Source: Candidatus Helarchaeota archaeon
Lineage (GTDB): Archaea > Asgardarchaeota > Lokiarchaeia > Helarchaeales > RDOG01
Direction: 5' to 3'
DNA: 64,000 nt
Assembly (NCBI GenBank): GCA_019058315.1
Contig: JAHPZH010000001.1
Location: 343,536 to 407,535 of the forward strand
This document shows, in pieces, positions 18,777 through 29,170 of this stretch. Position 1 is the first letter of the stretch. Each line of letters begins with the position of its first letter. Position numbers and translations under genes: made by a program. Below the pieces are notes generated by a model. That model ran no database searches, was not told the origin of the DNA, and saw only the letters and a program-made list of their open reading frames with translations.

Positions 18777-20276
18777 TTGAGATCAATGCCAAAAAAGAAT
18801 GAAAAACCACCAGAACCTTTAAACGACTTAAAAGATGGAGAAGCCATTGAAATAACAAGTACAAGTGGCAGAATTTATAAGATAAAGAACGTTGGAGGCG
18901 TGTATTCTTGCAATTGTCCTGCTTGGCGATTCCAAAATATACCGATTGAACAAAGATCTTGTAAACATATCCGACAATTTCGGGGAGAAGAAGCAGAAAA
19001 ATATCGTGTAGGAAACTTAACTGTTACAAGGATTACCACAAAAAAAGAAAAATCGTCAGAAGAAGAAAAAGAAGTGGATGATAAAAAGTGGAAACCAAAG
19101 GTTTTATTAGCACAAAAATGGACCGAAGAGGTAGATCCGACTGGTTGGTATATGTCTGAAAAATTAGATGGTGTTAGGGCATATTGGGATGGTAATGAAT
19201 TATGGTCGCGTCAAGGTAACAAATACTATGCTCCTGACTGGTTTTTAGATGGGTTACCAGACTTTCATTTAGATGGAGAACTTTTCGGGGGTAGAGGTGA
19301 ATTTCAAGTAACAGTTTCCATTGTTAGAAGACAAGATTATAATGATCTCTGGAAGGATATTAAATACAGAATCTTTGATGCACCTGATGATAAAAATGAA
19401 TTTAAAAAAAGGTTAGAAATATTAAATAACTGGTATAATTTGAATAAAGTTCCTTATGCTGAAATTCTAAAACAGACAATTTGTAAGAATAGGAAACACC
19501 TACAAGAAGAGTTGAATAAAGTATTGGGGTTAGGAGGAGAAGGTCTAATAATTAGACAAGCAAGTTCAAAATATGTTCATGGTAGATCTAATACATTATT
19601 GAAAGTTAAGGCAACCCATGACGCAGAAGCAAAAGTTATTGGTTATAACCCGGGGAAGGGAAAGTATAAAGGGATGGTTGGTTCTTTACAATGCCAAATG
19701 CCAAATGGGCTAGAATTCAATTTGTCAGGGTTTCCAGATGAAATGAGGGAAAATCCTCCTGAAATAGGAACCATTGTGACTTATCATTATCAAGAATGGA
19801 CTAAAGATGGGAAACCAAGATTTCCTGCTTTTTTTAGAATTAGAAAAGATGTTAAATGGGAAGATGTAATTAAAGCTGGAACCGATAGTCTAACAACTGA
19901 TGTAACAAAAAAGGTTAAAAAGACGAAAAAAGCTAAGAAACTAAAAAAAATAAAGGAGAAAGAAGAAATGGGAAAAGCAAAAAAACCTAAGAAAACAACA
20001 AAAACACCTAAAAAAACAACAAAAAAAGAAACAACGGGTGGTACGGAAACAGAATCCGGAAAAACTTATTATTATGAACTCACTGATGAAAAATCTAATA
20101 AATTTTGGCAAATAGTTGTTTCAGGAAATTCTTATACCACAACTTATGGTCGGATAGGAACAGATGGTGGATCATCGACAAAAGATTGGAAAGATAATGC
20201 TGAAGCAATTAAAAAAGCTGCTTCTCAAAGAAATTCTAAAGAGAAAAAAGGATATATTTTGAAAAAAGTGGACTGA
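18777..20276 (+). CDS. ATP-dependent DNA ligase with N-terminal SWIM Zn finger and C-terminal WGR domain
   Basis: SWIM CNCPAW..RSCKH; motif I SEKLDGVR; LDGEL; EGLIIR; LLKVK; PRFP OB-fold; Lys-rich linker; WGR SNKFWQI..YGRIGTDG..KEKKGY. Confidence 0.92.
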   Translation: MRSMPKKNEKPPEPLNDLKDGEAIEITSTSGRIYKIKNVGGVYSCNCPAWRFQNIPIEQRSCKHIRQFRGEEAEKYRVGNLTVTRITTKKEKSSEEEKEVDDKKWKPKVLLAQKWTEEVDPTGWYMSEKLDGVRAYWDGNELWSRQGNKYYAPDWFLDGLPDFHLDGELFGGRGEFQVTVSIVRRQDYNDLWKDIKYRIFDAPDDKNEFKKRLEILNNWYNLNKVPYAEILKQTICKNRKHLQEELNKVLGLGGEGLIIRQASSKYVHGRSNTLLKVKATHDAEAKVIGYNPGKGKYKGMVGSLQCQMPNGLEFNLSGFPDEMRENPPEIGTIVTYHYQEWTKDGKPRFPAFFRIRKDVKWEDVIKAGTDSLTTDVTKKVKKTKKAKKLKKIKEKEEMGKAKKPKKTTKTPKKTTKKETTGGTETESGKTYYYELTDEKSNKFWQIVVSGNSYTTTYGRIGTDGGSSTKDWKDNAEAIKKAASQRNSKEKKGYILKKVD

Positions 20277-20290
20277 AATCTTTGATAATT

Positions 20291-21772
20291 TCATCCCATA
20301 CTTTTTTTATTATTATTTATTTTTGAAGAAATTTCAGCAGCTCTTTCTTTTAAAATTGAATCGACTCGACTAATATCTTTATGAAGCCATTTAGTAGCTA
20401 GTAACCAAAGTAATATTGATGGTAATCCTAGTGATACTGAAATAAAAGCTGTGCTCATATAATTGTAATTGTTAACTGAGAGTAATATACCTGAAATAAT
20501 GGGACCTAAGCCAAAACCAATAAATTCTAAAAATTGGTTCCATGAAGAAATTGTTGCTTGAGCTTCTGGTAAGTTGATTTTTTGTAAAACAGGGTTTTGA
20601 TTGATAGAATAGATTACAATAACAGCCCTAAGAATAAATAGCAAACCTCCAAAGAGAAAAAATACCGGATATTTCAAAATATTCTCAATATAGTTACCTT
20701 CCCATGGAAGTAAGATTGGAAGTGGCATAATAAATAATAATAATATTAAAAAAAACAAGCTTCCCATAGAAAAAACAATCATATAAACACGATTTTTGAT
20801 ATCTTTTGCTGCTAATCTATCAGACAATTTTGAAAAAGTGATTGACCCGAAAATTGCTCCTGGCAATCCAAAAATAATCATAAGTAAAGAACTCACAACA
20901 GGTGAGACATTCCTTGGAGGAGATTGTATGTAGGGGTAAATCATATAGATTGCTATTGAGAATAAAATCCATGTGCTTATACCTTCAACGAAAGCAATAA
21001 TATTTGTAGGAGAAAATATTGTTGTTCTGACGGTTTCTCTATTTAATTTATAATCATATTTAGTTTCAAATTTAATACCATCCTTTTCGTACTGGGTATT
21101 TAAAATATATGCTAATTCATCATACATTAACCCTCTTTTTGGTTCTTTAAAGAAGAGCATAATAAAACCACTAATAAACAATAAAATACCTGTTGACCAG
21201 TAATATATTCGCCATAAACCCGCTTGAATTAAAATAGAACTAAATAGCATCCCAAAAATTACAAATAATTGGAAAAAAAATACAAGTACACCGAAAAAGC
21301 GAGAACGCGCATTAAAGGATATTGTATCATTAGAAATAGAAAAAATTATAGGCAGAACACCTCCTTGACCAATTCCGAGGACGATATAACTTAAAAGAAA
21401 TAATAAATATGTGTTAGCTTCATTCAAAGGAATGAATCCATTAAAAAATCTTCCAATCCCCATAATCCAAAGTACAAATACCAATAACTTCTTTCTTGAA
21501 AATCTATCTGCATAGATACCAAAAATAATCCCCGTTATAGCTAGAGAAATGGTTTTTAAACCAACAATAAAACCAAGTTCTACCGAATGAAAGGAATCAT
21601 ATGGCCAGATAATTTTCGAAATACCAAGCATATTCAACATTAATCCAGCAACAGACAAAGCTACTGCTGCTCTTAAAAAAAATAATGGCCAATAATTTCT
21701 TATAATTTTTTTCATATTTGGAATATCAGAATTTTTTGATGGTTCTATATTCCCTAGTTGTACTGAATCCAT
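20291..21772 (-). CDS. MFS transporter
   Basis: GIYADRFSRKK motif A, ~12 TM segments, EPKRG. Confidence 0.92.
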   Translation of the reverse strand: MDSVQLGNIEPSKNSDIPNMKKIIRNYWPLFFLRAAVALSVAGLMLNMLGISKIIWPYDSFHSVELGFIVGLKTISLAITGIIFGIYADRFSRKKLLVFVLWIMGIGRFFNGFIPLNEANTYLLFLLSYIVLGIGQGGVLPIIFSISNDTISFNARSRFFGVLVFFFQLFVIFGMLFSSILIQAGLWRIYYWSTGILLFISGFIMLFFKEPKRGLMYDELAYILNTQYEKDGIKFETKYDYKLNRETVRTTIFSPTNIIAFVEGISTWILFSIAIYMIYPYIQSPPRNVSPVVSSLLMIIFGLPGAIFGSITFSKLSDRLAAKDIKNRVYMIVFSMGSLFFLILLLFIMPLPILLPWEGNYIENILKYPVFFLFGGLLFILRAVIVIYSINQNPVLQKINLPEAQATISSWNQFLEFIGFGLGPIISGILLSVNNYNYMSTAFISVSLGLPSILLWLLATKWLHKDISRVDSILKERAAEISSKINNNKKSMG

Positions 21773-21849
21773 TTAAATTACTTTAAATATCCTTCTTAAA
21801 ATCATATTGGAAGGAATGAAATAATAATAAAACAGCTAATTATTTTATA

Positions 21850-22578
21850 TTAGTCAGTACTTGAAGCTGTTATTACTATAACTTCTTTATTTTCTTGTAT
21901 TATAATAGTCCACAAATAGGCCCCCCACCATTCTTTCCCCCTTTCAAAGAATTTTGAGCAATTTTCATCCCATAGATAAATCCAAACCGGATATTTAAAA
22001 TCATAAAAAAGCAATCTATTTAAATCCAAAAAGAGTTGATTAAGTTCTGCATTTTCTGCTTTTAGACCATAAGGTGGGTCGGAAAAGCATTTGGCATAAC
22101 CTTTGCTGGAATATTTATAAATTTCTTCAAATCTTTCGTAATTCGGGAGATTATTAATTGAATGGATATTAAGTACTACATTCTCTTTTTTTTCTTCATC
22201 GCCTACATAAAAGTACGCATTTAAAAAATTTTTATTCCTGCCTCGTAAAATCAGCTTTTTTCTATTAAGATCAAAATAAGGTCCAAAAAATTCTTCTATT
22301 GTAATTATTTCTCCTCTTGGAGCTTCGTTTAATATTTTATATATTGATAAATGTCTATCCATTTCTTCTTTAGAAAATCTATGACTGATGTAATAATCTT
22401 CATCTCGTTTACGAAGGATTTTTAAACCTTCTATTGCGGCTTTTTGGCATAATCTATAAATATTTTCAATAAAATCCTCCTCATATTCCAAAATTACAAA
22501 TTTTAAGGCTCCATATATGTTCTTATATTGATCTAATTTATTCGCCCTCTCTTCCAAAATTAGTTTTTCTTTTAGCAT
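21850..22578 (-). CDS. Hypothetical protein (C-terminal EWWGAYLWT..ASSTD motif)
   Basis: 242-aa ATG ORF with Trp-rich C-terminus. Confidence 0.75.
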   Translation of the reverse strand: MLKEKLILEERANKLDQYKNIYGALKFVILEYEEDFIENIYRLCQKAAIEGLKILRKRDEDYYISHRFSKEEMDRHLSIYKILNEAPRGEIITIEEFFGPYFDLNRKKLILRGRNKNFLNAYFYVGDEEKKENVVLNIHSINNLPNYERFEEIYKYSSKGYAKCFSDPPYGLKAENAELNQLFLDLNRLLFYDFKYPVWIYLWDENCSKFFERGKEWWGAYLWTIIIQENKEVIVITASSTD

Positions 22579-22666
22579 TTGTTTTCCTTTGGATTAATTA
22601 GTATTATTAATCTATTTAACTTGATTAGAATAAATAAATTGTATATCATTCAAATCTAAAATAATA

Positions 22667-23728
22667 TTGGAAAGTGTATTTTATATGAAAATGAAAGCGG
22701 CAATGTTTCATGGACCCAAAAATGTAGTATTAGAAGAAACACCAATCCCAGAAATTTCGGATGATGAAGTTCTCGTAAAAATTAAAGCGTCAACAACTTG
22801 CGGTACTGATAGAAAATTATATCTGAGACCGGGTAAAAAATATCCCTCCTATTTTAAACCACCCACTATTTTTGGGCATGAAATCGCTGGTGAAATCTAT
22901 CAAATCGGGAAAAATGTAGAAGGTTATGAAATTGGGCAGCCTGTATATGTACATGATTCTGCTCCTTGTTTAAAATGCTTTTATTGCAAAATTGGACGAC
23001 ATAGCTTGTGTGAAAACATTACTTGGAGCTGGGGAACTTGGACTGAGTTTATTAAGGTCCCCAAAGAAATTATACAAAGTGGAAATATGGTTCCGATTCC
23101 AAAAAATTTGTCATTTGCAGAAGCAGCACTAACAGAACCTTTATCTTGTGTTCTTATGGGTGTGGAACGTTCTAATATCGGACTTGGAGATACTGTAGTA
23201 ATTATGGGGGCTGGTCCTATTGGGTTATTTTGGACTAATCTAGTCAAAAATAAGGGAGCTAAAATAATCCAAGTTGATTTAAAAAAGGAAAGATTGGAAT
23301 TAGCAAAAAAATTGGGTGCTGATATTGTTATAAATGCCGATAAAGAAAAAGACATTATTAAAGCAGTCAAAGATCACACAGACGAAGGGCGAGGTGCAGA
23401 TGTCGCCGTTGAGGCAATAGGTTATCCCCAAACATGGGAGACAACTATTAAAATGGCTAGAAAAGGAGGATTAGTGAATTTATTTGGTGGTCCACCGCCA
23501 ACTTCAGATATTTCAATTAACACAGCTTTGTTACATTATAATGAATTAACTTTAATTGGAGTTTTTCATACTACACCACGTTATGTGCAAGCTTCAATTA
23601 ATTTATTAGCAAATAAGAAAATTAATACAGATATTTTTATTTCAGAAGAATTAAAGCTAGATGATCTTGATAAAATATTAGATAACTTGGTAAACCAGAA
23701 AGGAATTAAAACAGCTATTATTCCTTAA
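22667..23728 (+). CDS. Zn-dependent medium-chain dehydrogenase (sorbitol/threonine DH-like)
   Basis: CGTD, GHE, CLKCFYC..C, EPLSC, GAGPIG; likely start ATG 22685/22691. Confidence 0.93.
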   Translation: MESVFYMKMKAAMFHGPKNVVLEETPIPEISDDEVLVKIKASTTCGTDRKLYLRPGKKYPSYFKPPTIFGHEIAGEIYQIGKNVEGYEIGQPVYVHDSAPCLKCFYCKIGRHSLCENITWSWGTWTEFIKVPKEIIQSGNMVPIPKNLSFAEAALTEPLSCVLMGVERSNIGLGDTVVIMGAGPIGLFWTNLVKNKGAKIIQVDLKKERLELAKKLGADIVINADKEKDIIKAVKDHTDEGRGADVAVEAIGYPQTWETTIKMARKGGLVNLFGGPPPTSDISINTALLHYNELTLIGVFHTTPRYVQASINLLANKKINTDIFISEELKLDDLDKILDNLVNQKGIKTAIIP

Positions 23729-23908
23729 ATTTTTTAAAAACCTAAATTTAGTAACAAAGAGATTTCTAGGAAAAAGTTAATTATATTTAATTTATAAAAT
23801 AAAACTTTAAATAAGATAAATTTGGATAATATAACAATAAATAAAATAAAACTATGAGCTATTTATTGTATTATATTATTTATTATTGGGAATCTTTTTA
23901 AACTATAG

Positions 23909-26900
23909 GTGGTTTCTGATATGAAGGGTAACAATAGGAGTTTTTTTATTATAATAATTCTAATATATTTATGTTATATTGCTTCACCTTTGTTCTTATC
24001 GAATTATTCGGTAAATAATTTTAATTTTATTAATATAGGATTTAGTAAAGAGATAAATTCTGAATTAGATTCTATAAATAATGAATTTAATGATTCTAAA
24101 CTACAACAGATTCTTGAAAAATTCAATTTTAATGAAATTAATAATAATGAATGGAGTAAGGATTTTCAAAAAGCAGATAAAAATTTTAATGGGATTAATG
24201 ATCAATTTGAGCCAAAACTCTTTGAATTATCAAGAATGAAAAACTTACAAGAAATTAAACCTAATAAAGAAATGTTTTTATCTGATGAAGACATAATTAA
24301 TGAAATTTTAGGCAATAAAAAACAAACCTTAGAAGAAATTTCTTACGATAATATTCCAATTATTATACAATTTTCCGATGGAGATTTTGAATCATATTCT
24401 TCTCTTTTTATGAGTTTAGGAGGAAAGGTTAAATCAATTTATAAAACATCTATTAATGGGTTTGCAGGAACAATAGATTTTGAAGGGTTAAGTCGTTTTT
24501 GTGAACTATTAAAGCTGGATAATAAACAATTTCTTTTAGAAGAAGATGTAAGATTAGAAGCTAATTTATATTACAACTCTCGAAACATGAATCTTCGTCC
24601 TTATGTATGGAATACTCTCAATTATACTGGAGATACTAACAGTTCAATTGCTATAATAGACACAGGAATAGATGATTTCCACAATTTTTTTCGACCTGGA
24701 TACTCTTCTGGAAATTCTGCATATAAAATTGTAGGCTGGAATGATGTGGTAAATGGTTTATCTTCACCTTATGATGATGAAGGTCATGGATCTCATTGTG
24801 CTGGCATTGCCGCTGGAGAAGGATCCCCTAAATATGATATTTCTGGGAGATCAGTATCTACTTTTAGTTATGGATTAAATCTATCTGGGGGTTATATTTT
24901 TCTGGGAGGTTACCTGGATTTAATTGGGGGAAGATTCAATGTGACTGATCCTGGACTTATAGAAATAAATTGTAATTTTAATGATTACACGCCTGCACCC
25001 GATGATGTTGATATTTATGCTTATCTTTATCGAGGAGAATCTGTTGTGGATTCTTATGTATCTGGAGCTTCTTCATGGAGTGATACACTTACCTATACTG
25101 CAACTGCTAGTACTCTTGGCGACTACTCATTAAGAATTAGAATAATATTGAGGGATGTTAACGGTGATTGGTTTGTAGATGAACCTATTTTTGGATTTAC
25201 AGGTACAATTCATTGGCCATTTAACCCTCCTGAAATGGGTAGTGGAGATAGATATAAAGGTATTGCACCAGATGCACAACTAGTAGGAATAAAAGTACTT
25301 GACGAAACTGGTGGGGGTTGGGAGTCAGATATAGTTGCTGGAGTAAACTGGGCAATCAATAATAAGTTAAGTTACAATATAACAACTATTTCTATGAGCC
25401 TTGGGTATGATACGGGAGGTCATACTTCTATAATTAATGCAGTTAATAATGCGGTTGCGAATGGGATAGTTACTGTTGTTGCAGCTGGAAATGAAGGTGG
25501 GATAGGGAATAATATTGGATCGCCTGGTGATGCTGATAAAGTAATAACAGTAGCAGCAATGAATTATGAAGATCGAGTCACAGATTATAGTAGCGCAGGT
25601 CGTACCTCATATTCTGGCCAAACAATTAAACCTGATATAATGGCACCTGGTGGCAGTTATAATTCTTTGACAATTTTCTCTACTGATACAAATGATCAAG
25701 ATGCTAATGGAATTTCCACGGATATTTATTTAAACGATACTTATCCTGCTGTTGGGACTTCAATGGCAACCCCTGCTGTGGCTGGAGCTACAAATCTATT
25801 GATTGAAGCAATGGGGGGTTATTCTAACTGGAATTATACTGAAGAAGAGGCTGGGAGAGTCAAGGCGTTACTTTTAATGACCGCAACAGAGACATACCCC
25901 TTAACGAGAGAAGTTGATACTGGATATAGCCCTGTGCTTAATCGTGGAGGAAAAGATTATCATGAAGGATATGGAAGGATAAATATTGATGCCGCAATAG
26001 AAGCTTATACCCAAAAATTAACAGAAGGCACATATAATAGTTCTTGGCTTTCGAGTAGTTTGATTAATCCGTTTAATAAACATGCCCTCGGTTGTTATGT
26101 CGATCTTATTGCCGGAGAGGAATATTATTTTAATCTATTCGTCCCTGATGGAACAGATTTTGATTTGCACTTATATAATAATACACCCACTCTAGTAGGT
26201 GATCCAATATTGGTTGCTTCAAGCACATCTTCTATATTAGGAATGGATGAATTCTTCCGTTATATACCCAATGCATCTGGGAGACATTACTTAATTGCTA
26301 AAGCAATATCTGGTGAAGGAATTGCAAATTTTACTTATAAAACTAACATGCTGCCACCAAATCTCACTAATGGGTCCGTTACGCCTACTACAGGAAATCA
26401 ATCAACTTTATTAAATTTTAGTGTAATTTATACTGAACCTGAAGGTTATCCACCGACATCCATTAATGTACTAATAAATGGAACACCTTATCCAATGGAA
26501 AAACAAAATATCTCCGATAACTCCTATACGGATGGTTGTGCTTACCAATGTTTAACATATCTTCAACCAGGAAGTTATAATTATTCCTTTGAATGCTGGG
26601 ATGGTAAATATTACAATTTTACAAATACCTATTTTGGAATTAATATTGTAGAAGCTAATCTTTTATCGCCAACATTAACAAATGGACAAATATATCCAAA
26701 TGAAGGGTATGCTAACTGGACCACGTTTAAATTTAGAGTTACTTACACAGATGCAGATAACAATGCACCTAGTTACGTGAATGTTACGATAAATACAACA
26801 TCATATTCTATGATTAAGCAAAATCCTTTGGATACGAACTATATGGATGGTTGTATTTTTATGCTCAATACGGAATTGGACATTGGAAATTATTACTTTT

Positions 26901-28885
26901 ATTTTAACTCTTCTGATAATACTTATAATGCAAGTACTGGTCCGTTTTCAGGTCCGATTGTAGATAAATTTAAAGAAGGATTAATTCTTTTTAATGGAAT
27001 GTATTATTCTTGGCAATTGAAATTTGGCACTATTACATTTTCAATGTCTGCAAGGTGTACATATCTAGGAGGCAATACTTACCGTATAACAGAAAATAAT
27101 CCTTTTACCTCTTACTTATTCTGGTTTTCTTCAACTGATTCTAGAGATGTTAATAATCTAACAAGAGTTATTTCTAATTCTATTAACTCATATGATAACT
27201 ATTATGTATTGTTTGAAAATGATACTTGGGAGCCTTTTTGTATATTTAATAATGTTAGTATGGGTGATTTCATTCCAATTGCCACAAGTCTTTGGTTTAC
27301 CGCAGATTCAAATAGAACATTCCAAATTACGGGAGAAAAAAACATTTCAAGATTTGGAAGGGTTTTGGATTGTTGGGAACTAACGGATGTTAGAGGTAGT
27401 GTAGCATATTATGAAAAAGTCACTGGCTTATTAGTATCTGCATACATTGTTGGTGATGGTTCAGATTATTCAATAAATGTTACTAAAACAAATGTATTTC
27501 CTGCGGGATCCACATCATTTCCAAATTTATCTTTCTTATTATTATTACTCGTACCATCTAGTAGTCCTCCTATTATTTTTATTTTAATTATAGCAATAGT
27601 CGTAGTAGCTGGAATAACTGGGATTTTAGGAGTTGCTATACATCAGAAACATAAAGAAGTATATATTTCAAAACCACCAAAACCATCAGAACCCCCAGAA
27701 CGCAAAAAACCCAAAGAAAAAAGAAAACCTAGTCGACCTAAAATAAAAAATGAAAAAGTAGAAGCATGGAAAGATCAAGGAGATATATTTAGGGCTGAAA
27801 GAAATTATGAAAAAGCATACGAATGCTACCAAAGGGCACTTGAAATAGATCCAGAAGATATAAGAGCAAAAGTAATGATAGGTCTATTACAAGATAAAAT
27901 TTCATCTAGTACAAGCCAAGCCGAATCTCCTAGTACTATTATTAAGGAACAAATAGAGAAAAAACCCGAACAAATTACTGTAAAACCTTCAATTACACCA
28001 GAAGAAACACCAGAAGAAAGAGCTAAATCTTTATTTGATCAAGGATTTGACTTTTTTAAAGTAGGAGAATATCAAAGATCTATTTTTTACTTTGAAAAAA
28101 CGATTGAATTAAATCCACAGTTTAAAGATGCATGGTACAGTTTAGGGGTGGCTCATATGAATTTAGGAAATGATCAGAAGGCAATTGAGTGTTTAACAAA
28201 CGAACTTGAGATTGATCCATCGAACAAACTAGCTAAGGCCTTTTTAAATTCATTAAAAAAGAAATATTTAAAAACTGAAGTTGAAACAAAACCAATTAGT
28301 TCAGAATTTAAGGAGATACTAAAAGAAGATGCAAATGAACTGTTTACTAAAGGAAAAGATTTTTTTAATTCAGCAAATTATTTAAATGCTGTAGAATATT
28401 TTGAAAAAGCTGTAAAAATTAACCCCAACCTGAAAGAAGCTTGGTATGAATTAGGTTTGAGTCATGCTTCTCTTGGAAATATGCAGAAAGTAATTGAAGC
28501 CCATAAACGAGTAGTTGAAATCGATCCACAATTTAAAGAAGCTTGGAAATTTTTAGGAACTGCCCATCTATCCTTAAGAAATCATCAAGAAGCTATAAAT
28601 AGTTATAAAAAAGTGCTTGAATTAGACCCTCAAGATAAATATGCTTGGTTTTATATGAGTAAATGCTATGAAAAATTGGAAAATTACCAACAAATGGTTC
28701 AATGCCTCGTAAACGTACTTAATATCGATTCAAAGGATAAAAGAGCATGGTATAACTTAGGAGATGTTTATGAAAGATTGGGACATAATAAGGAAGCCTT
28801 GGAATATTATACAAATGTATATAACATAGATCCACAATATAAACAAGTTTTAGAGAAGATAAATTCACTAAAGAATAAAATTTAG
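23909..28885 (+). CDS. Membrane-anchored S8 subtilase with cytoplasmic TPR domain
   Basis: Signal/propeptide; triad IAIIDTG / GHGSHCAG / GTSMATP; AAGN; two ~105-aa Ig-like repeats (LTNG...YTD); TM; Pro/Lys linker; ~8 TPRs. Confidence 0.92.
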   Translation: MVSDMKGNNRSFFIIIILIYLCYIASPLFLSNYSVNNFNFINIGFSKEINSELDSINNEFNDSKLQQILEKFNFNEINNNEWSKDFQKADKNFNGINDQFEPKLFELSRMKNLQEIKPNKEMFLSDEDIINEILGNKKQTLEEISYDNIPIIIQFSDGDFESYSSLFMSLGGKVKSIYKTSINGFAGTIDFEGLSRFCELLKLDNKQFLLEEDVRLEANLYYNSRNMNLRPYVWNTLNYTGDTNSSIAIIDTGIDDFHNFFRPGYSSGNSAYKIVGWNDVVNGLSSPYDDEGHGSHCAGIAAGEGSPKYDISGRSVSTFSYGLNLSGGYIFLGGYLDLIGGRFNVTDPGLIEINCNFNDYTPAPDDVDIYAYLYRGESVVDSYVSGASSWSDTLTYTATASTLGDYSLRIRIILRDVNGDWFVDEPIFGFTGTIHWPFNPPEMGSGDRYKGIAPDAQLVGIKVLDETGGGWESDIVAGVNWAINNKLSYNITTISMSLGYDTGGHTSIINAVNNAVANGIVTVVAAGNEGGIGNNIGSPGDADKVITVAAMNYEDRVTDYSSAGRTSYSGQTIKPDIMAPGGSYNSLTIFSTDTNDQDANGISTDIYLNDTYPAVGTSMATPAVAGATNLLIEAMGGYSNWNYTEEEAGRVKALLLMTATETYPLTREVDTGYSPVLNRGGKDYHEGYGRINIDAAIEAYTQKLTEGTYNSSWLSSSLINPFNKHALGCYVDLIAGEEYYFNLFVPDGTDFDLHLYNNTPTLVGDPILVASSTSSILGMDEFFRYIPNASGRHYLIAKAISGEGIANFTYKTNMLPPNLTNGSVTPTTGNQSTLLNFSVIYTEPEGYPPTSINVLINGTPYPMEKQNISDNSYTDGCAYQCLTYLQPGSYNYSFECWDGKYYNFTNTYFGINIVEANLLSPTLTNGQIYPNEGYANWTTFKFRVTYTDADNNAPSYVNVTINTTSYSMIKQNPLDTNYMDGCIFMLNTELDIGNYYFYFNSSDNTYNASTGPFSGPIVDKFKEGLILFNGMYYSWQLKFGTITFSMSARCTYLGGNTYRITENNPFTSYLFWFSSTDSRDVNNLTRVISNSINSYDNYYVLFENDTWEPFCIFNNVSMGDFIPIATSLWFTADSNRTFQITGEKNISRFGRVLDCWELTDVRGSVAYYEKVTGLLVSAYIVGDGSDYSINVTKTNVFPAGSTSFPNLSFLLLLLVPSSSPPIIFILIIAIVVVAGITGILGVAIHQKHKEVYISKPPKPSEPPERKKPKEKRKPSRPKIKNEKVEAWKDQGDIFRAERNYEKAYECYQRALEIDPEDIRAKVMIGLLQDKISSSTSQAESPSTIIKEQIEKKPEQITVKPSITPEETPEERAKSLFDQGFDFFKVGEYQRSIFYFEKTIELNPQFKDAWYSLGVAHMNLGNDQKAIECLTNELEIDPSNKLAKAFLNSLKKKYLKTEVETKPISSEFKEILKEDANELFTKGKDFFNSANYLNAVEYFEKAVKINPNLKEAWYELGLSHASLGNMQKVIEAHKRVVEIDPQFKEAWKFLGTAHLSLRNHQEAINSYKKVLELDPQDKYAWFYMSKCYEKLENYQQMVQCLVNVLNIDSKDKRAWYNLGDVYERLGHNKEALEYYTNVYNIDPQYKQVLEKINSLKNKI

Positions 28886-29170
28886 AGAATATATATTTAA
28901 GTTGATTGTTCTAGCTCATCTCGGATATCGAATTAATGGTCAAACCTTCAAGATTTACTCTAAAATCAAAACTTTACAAATCTTCTCATTCTAAAAATTC
29001 TAATATTGTCTACACTTAATTTTCTAATTTCTTTAGATTAAGTTATTAAATTATTCTACGATTAAAAACATTTTATAACTGAATTTTATGAATAAGATTC
29101 TTATTTATTATATGTTATAATTTTTTATTCAAAAGATTTAAACTCATATAATAAAAAAATAGGGATAATC

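Noticed and set aside
1567-20276. Tpt1 and the WGR-ligase as one ADP-ribosylation repair system
   Set aside because: They are ~17 kb apart with unrelated genes between, and Tpt1 is a common standalone archaeal gene.
28886-29170. Possible decayed gene fragment in the intergenic gap
   Set aside because: Only short stop-interrupted frames in those I read, with no recognisable motif.
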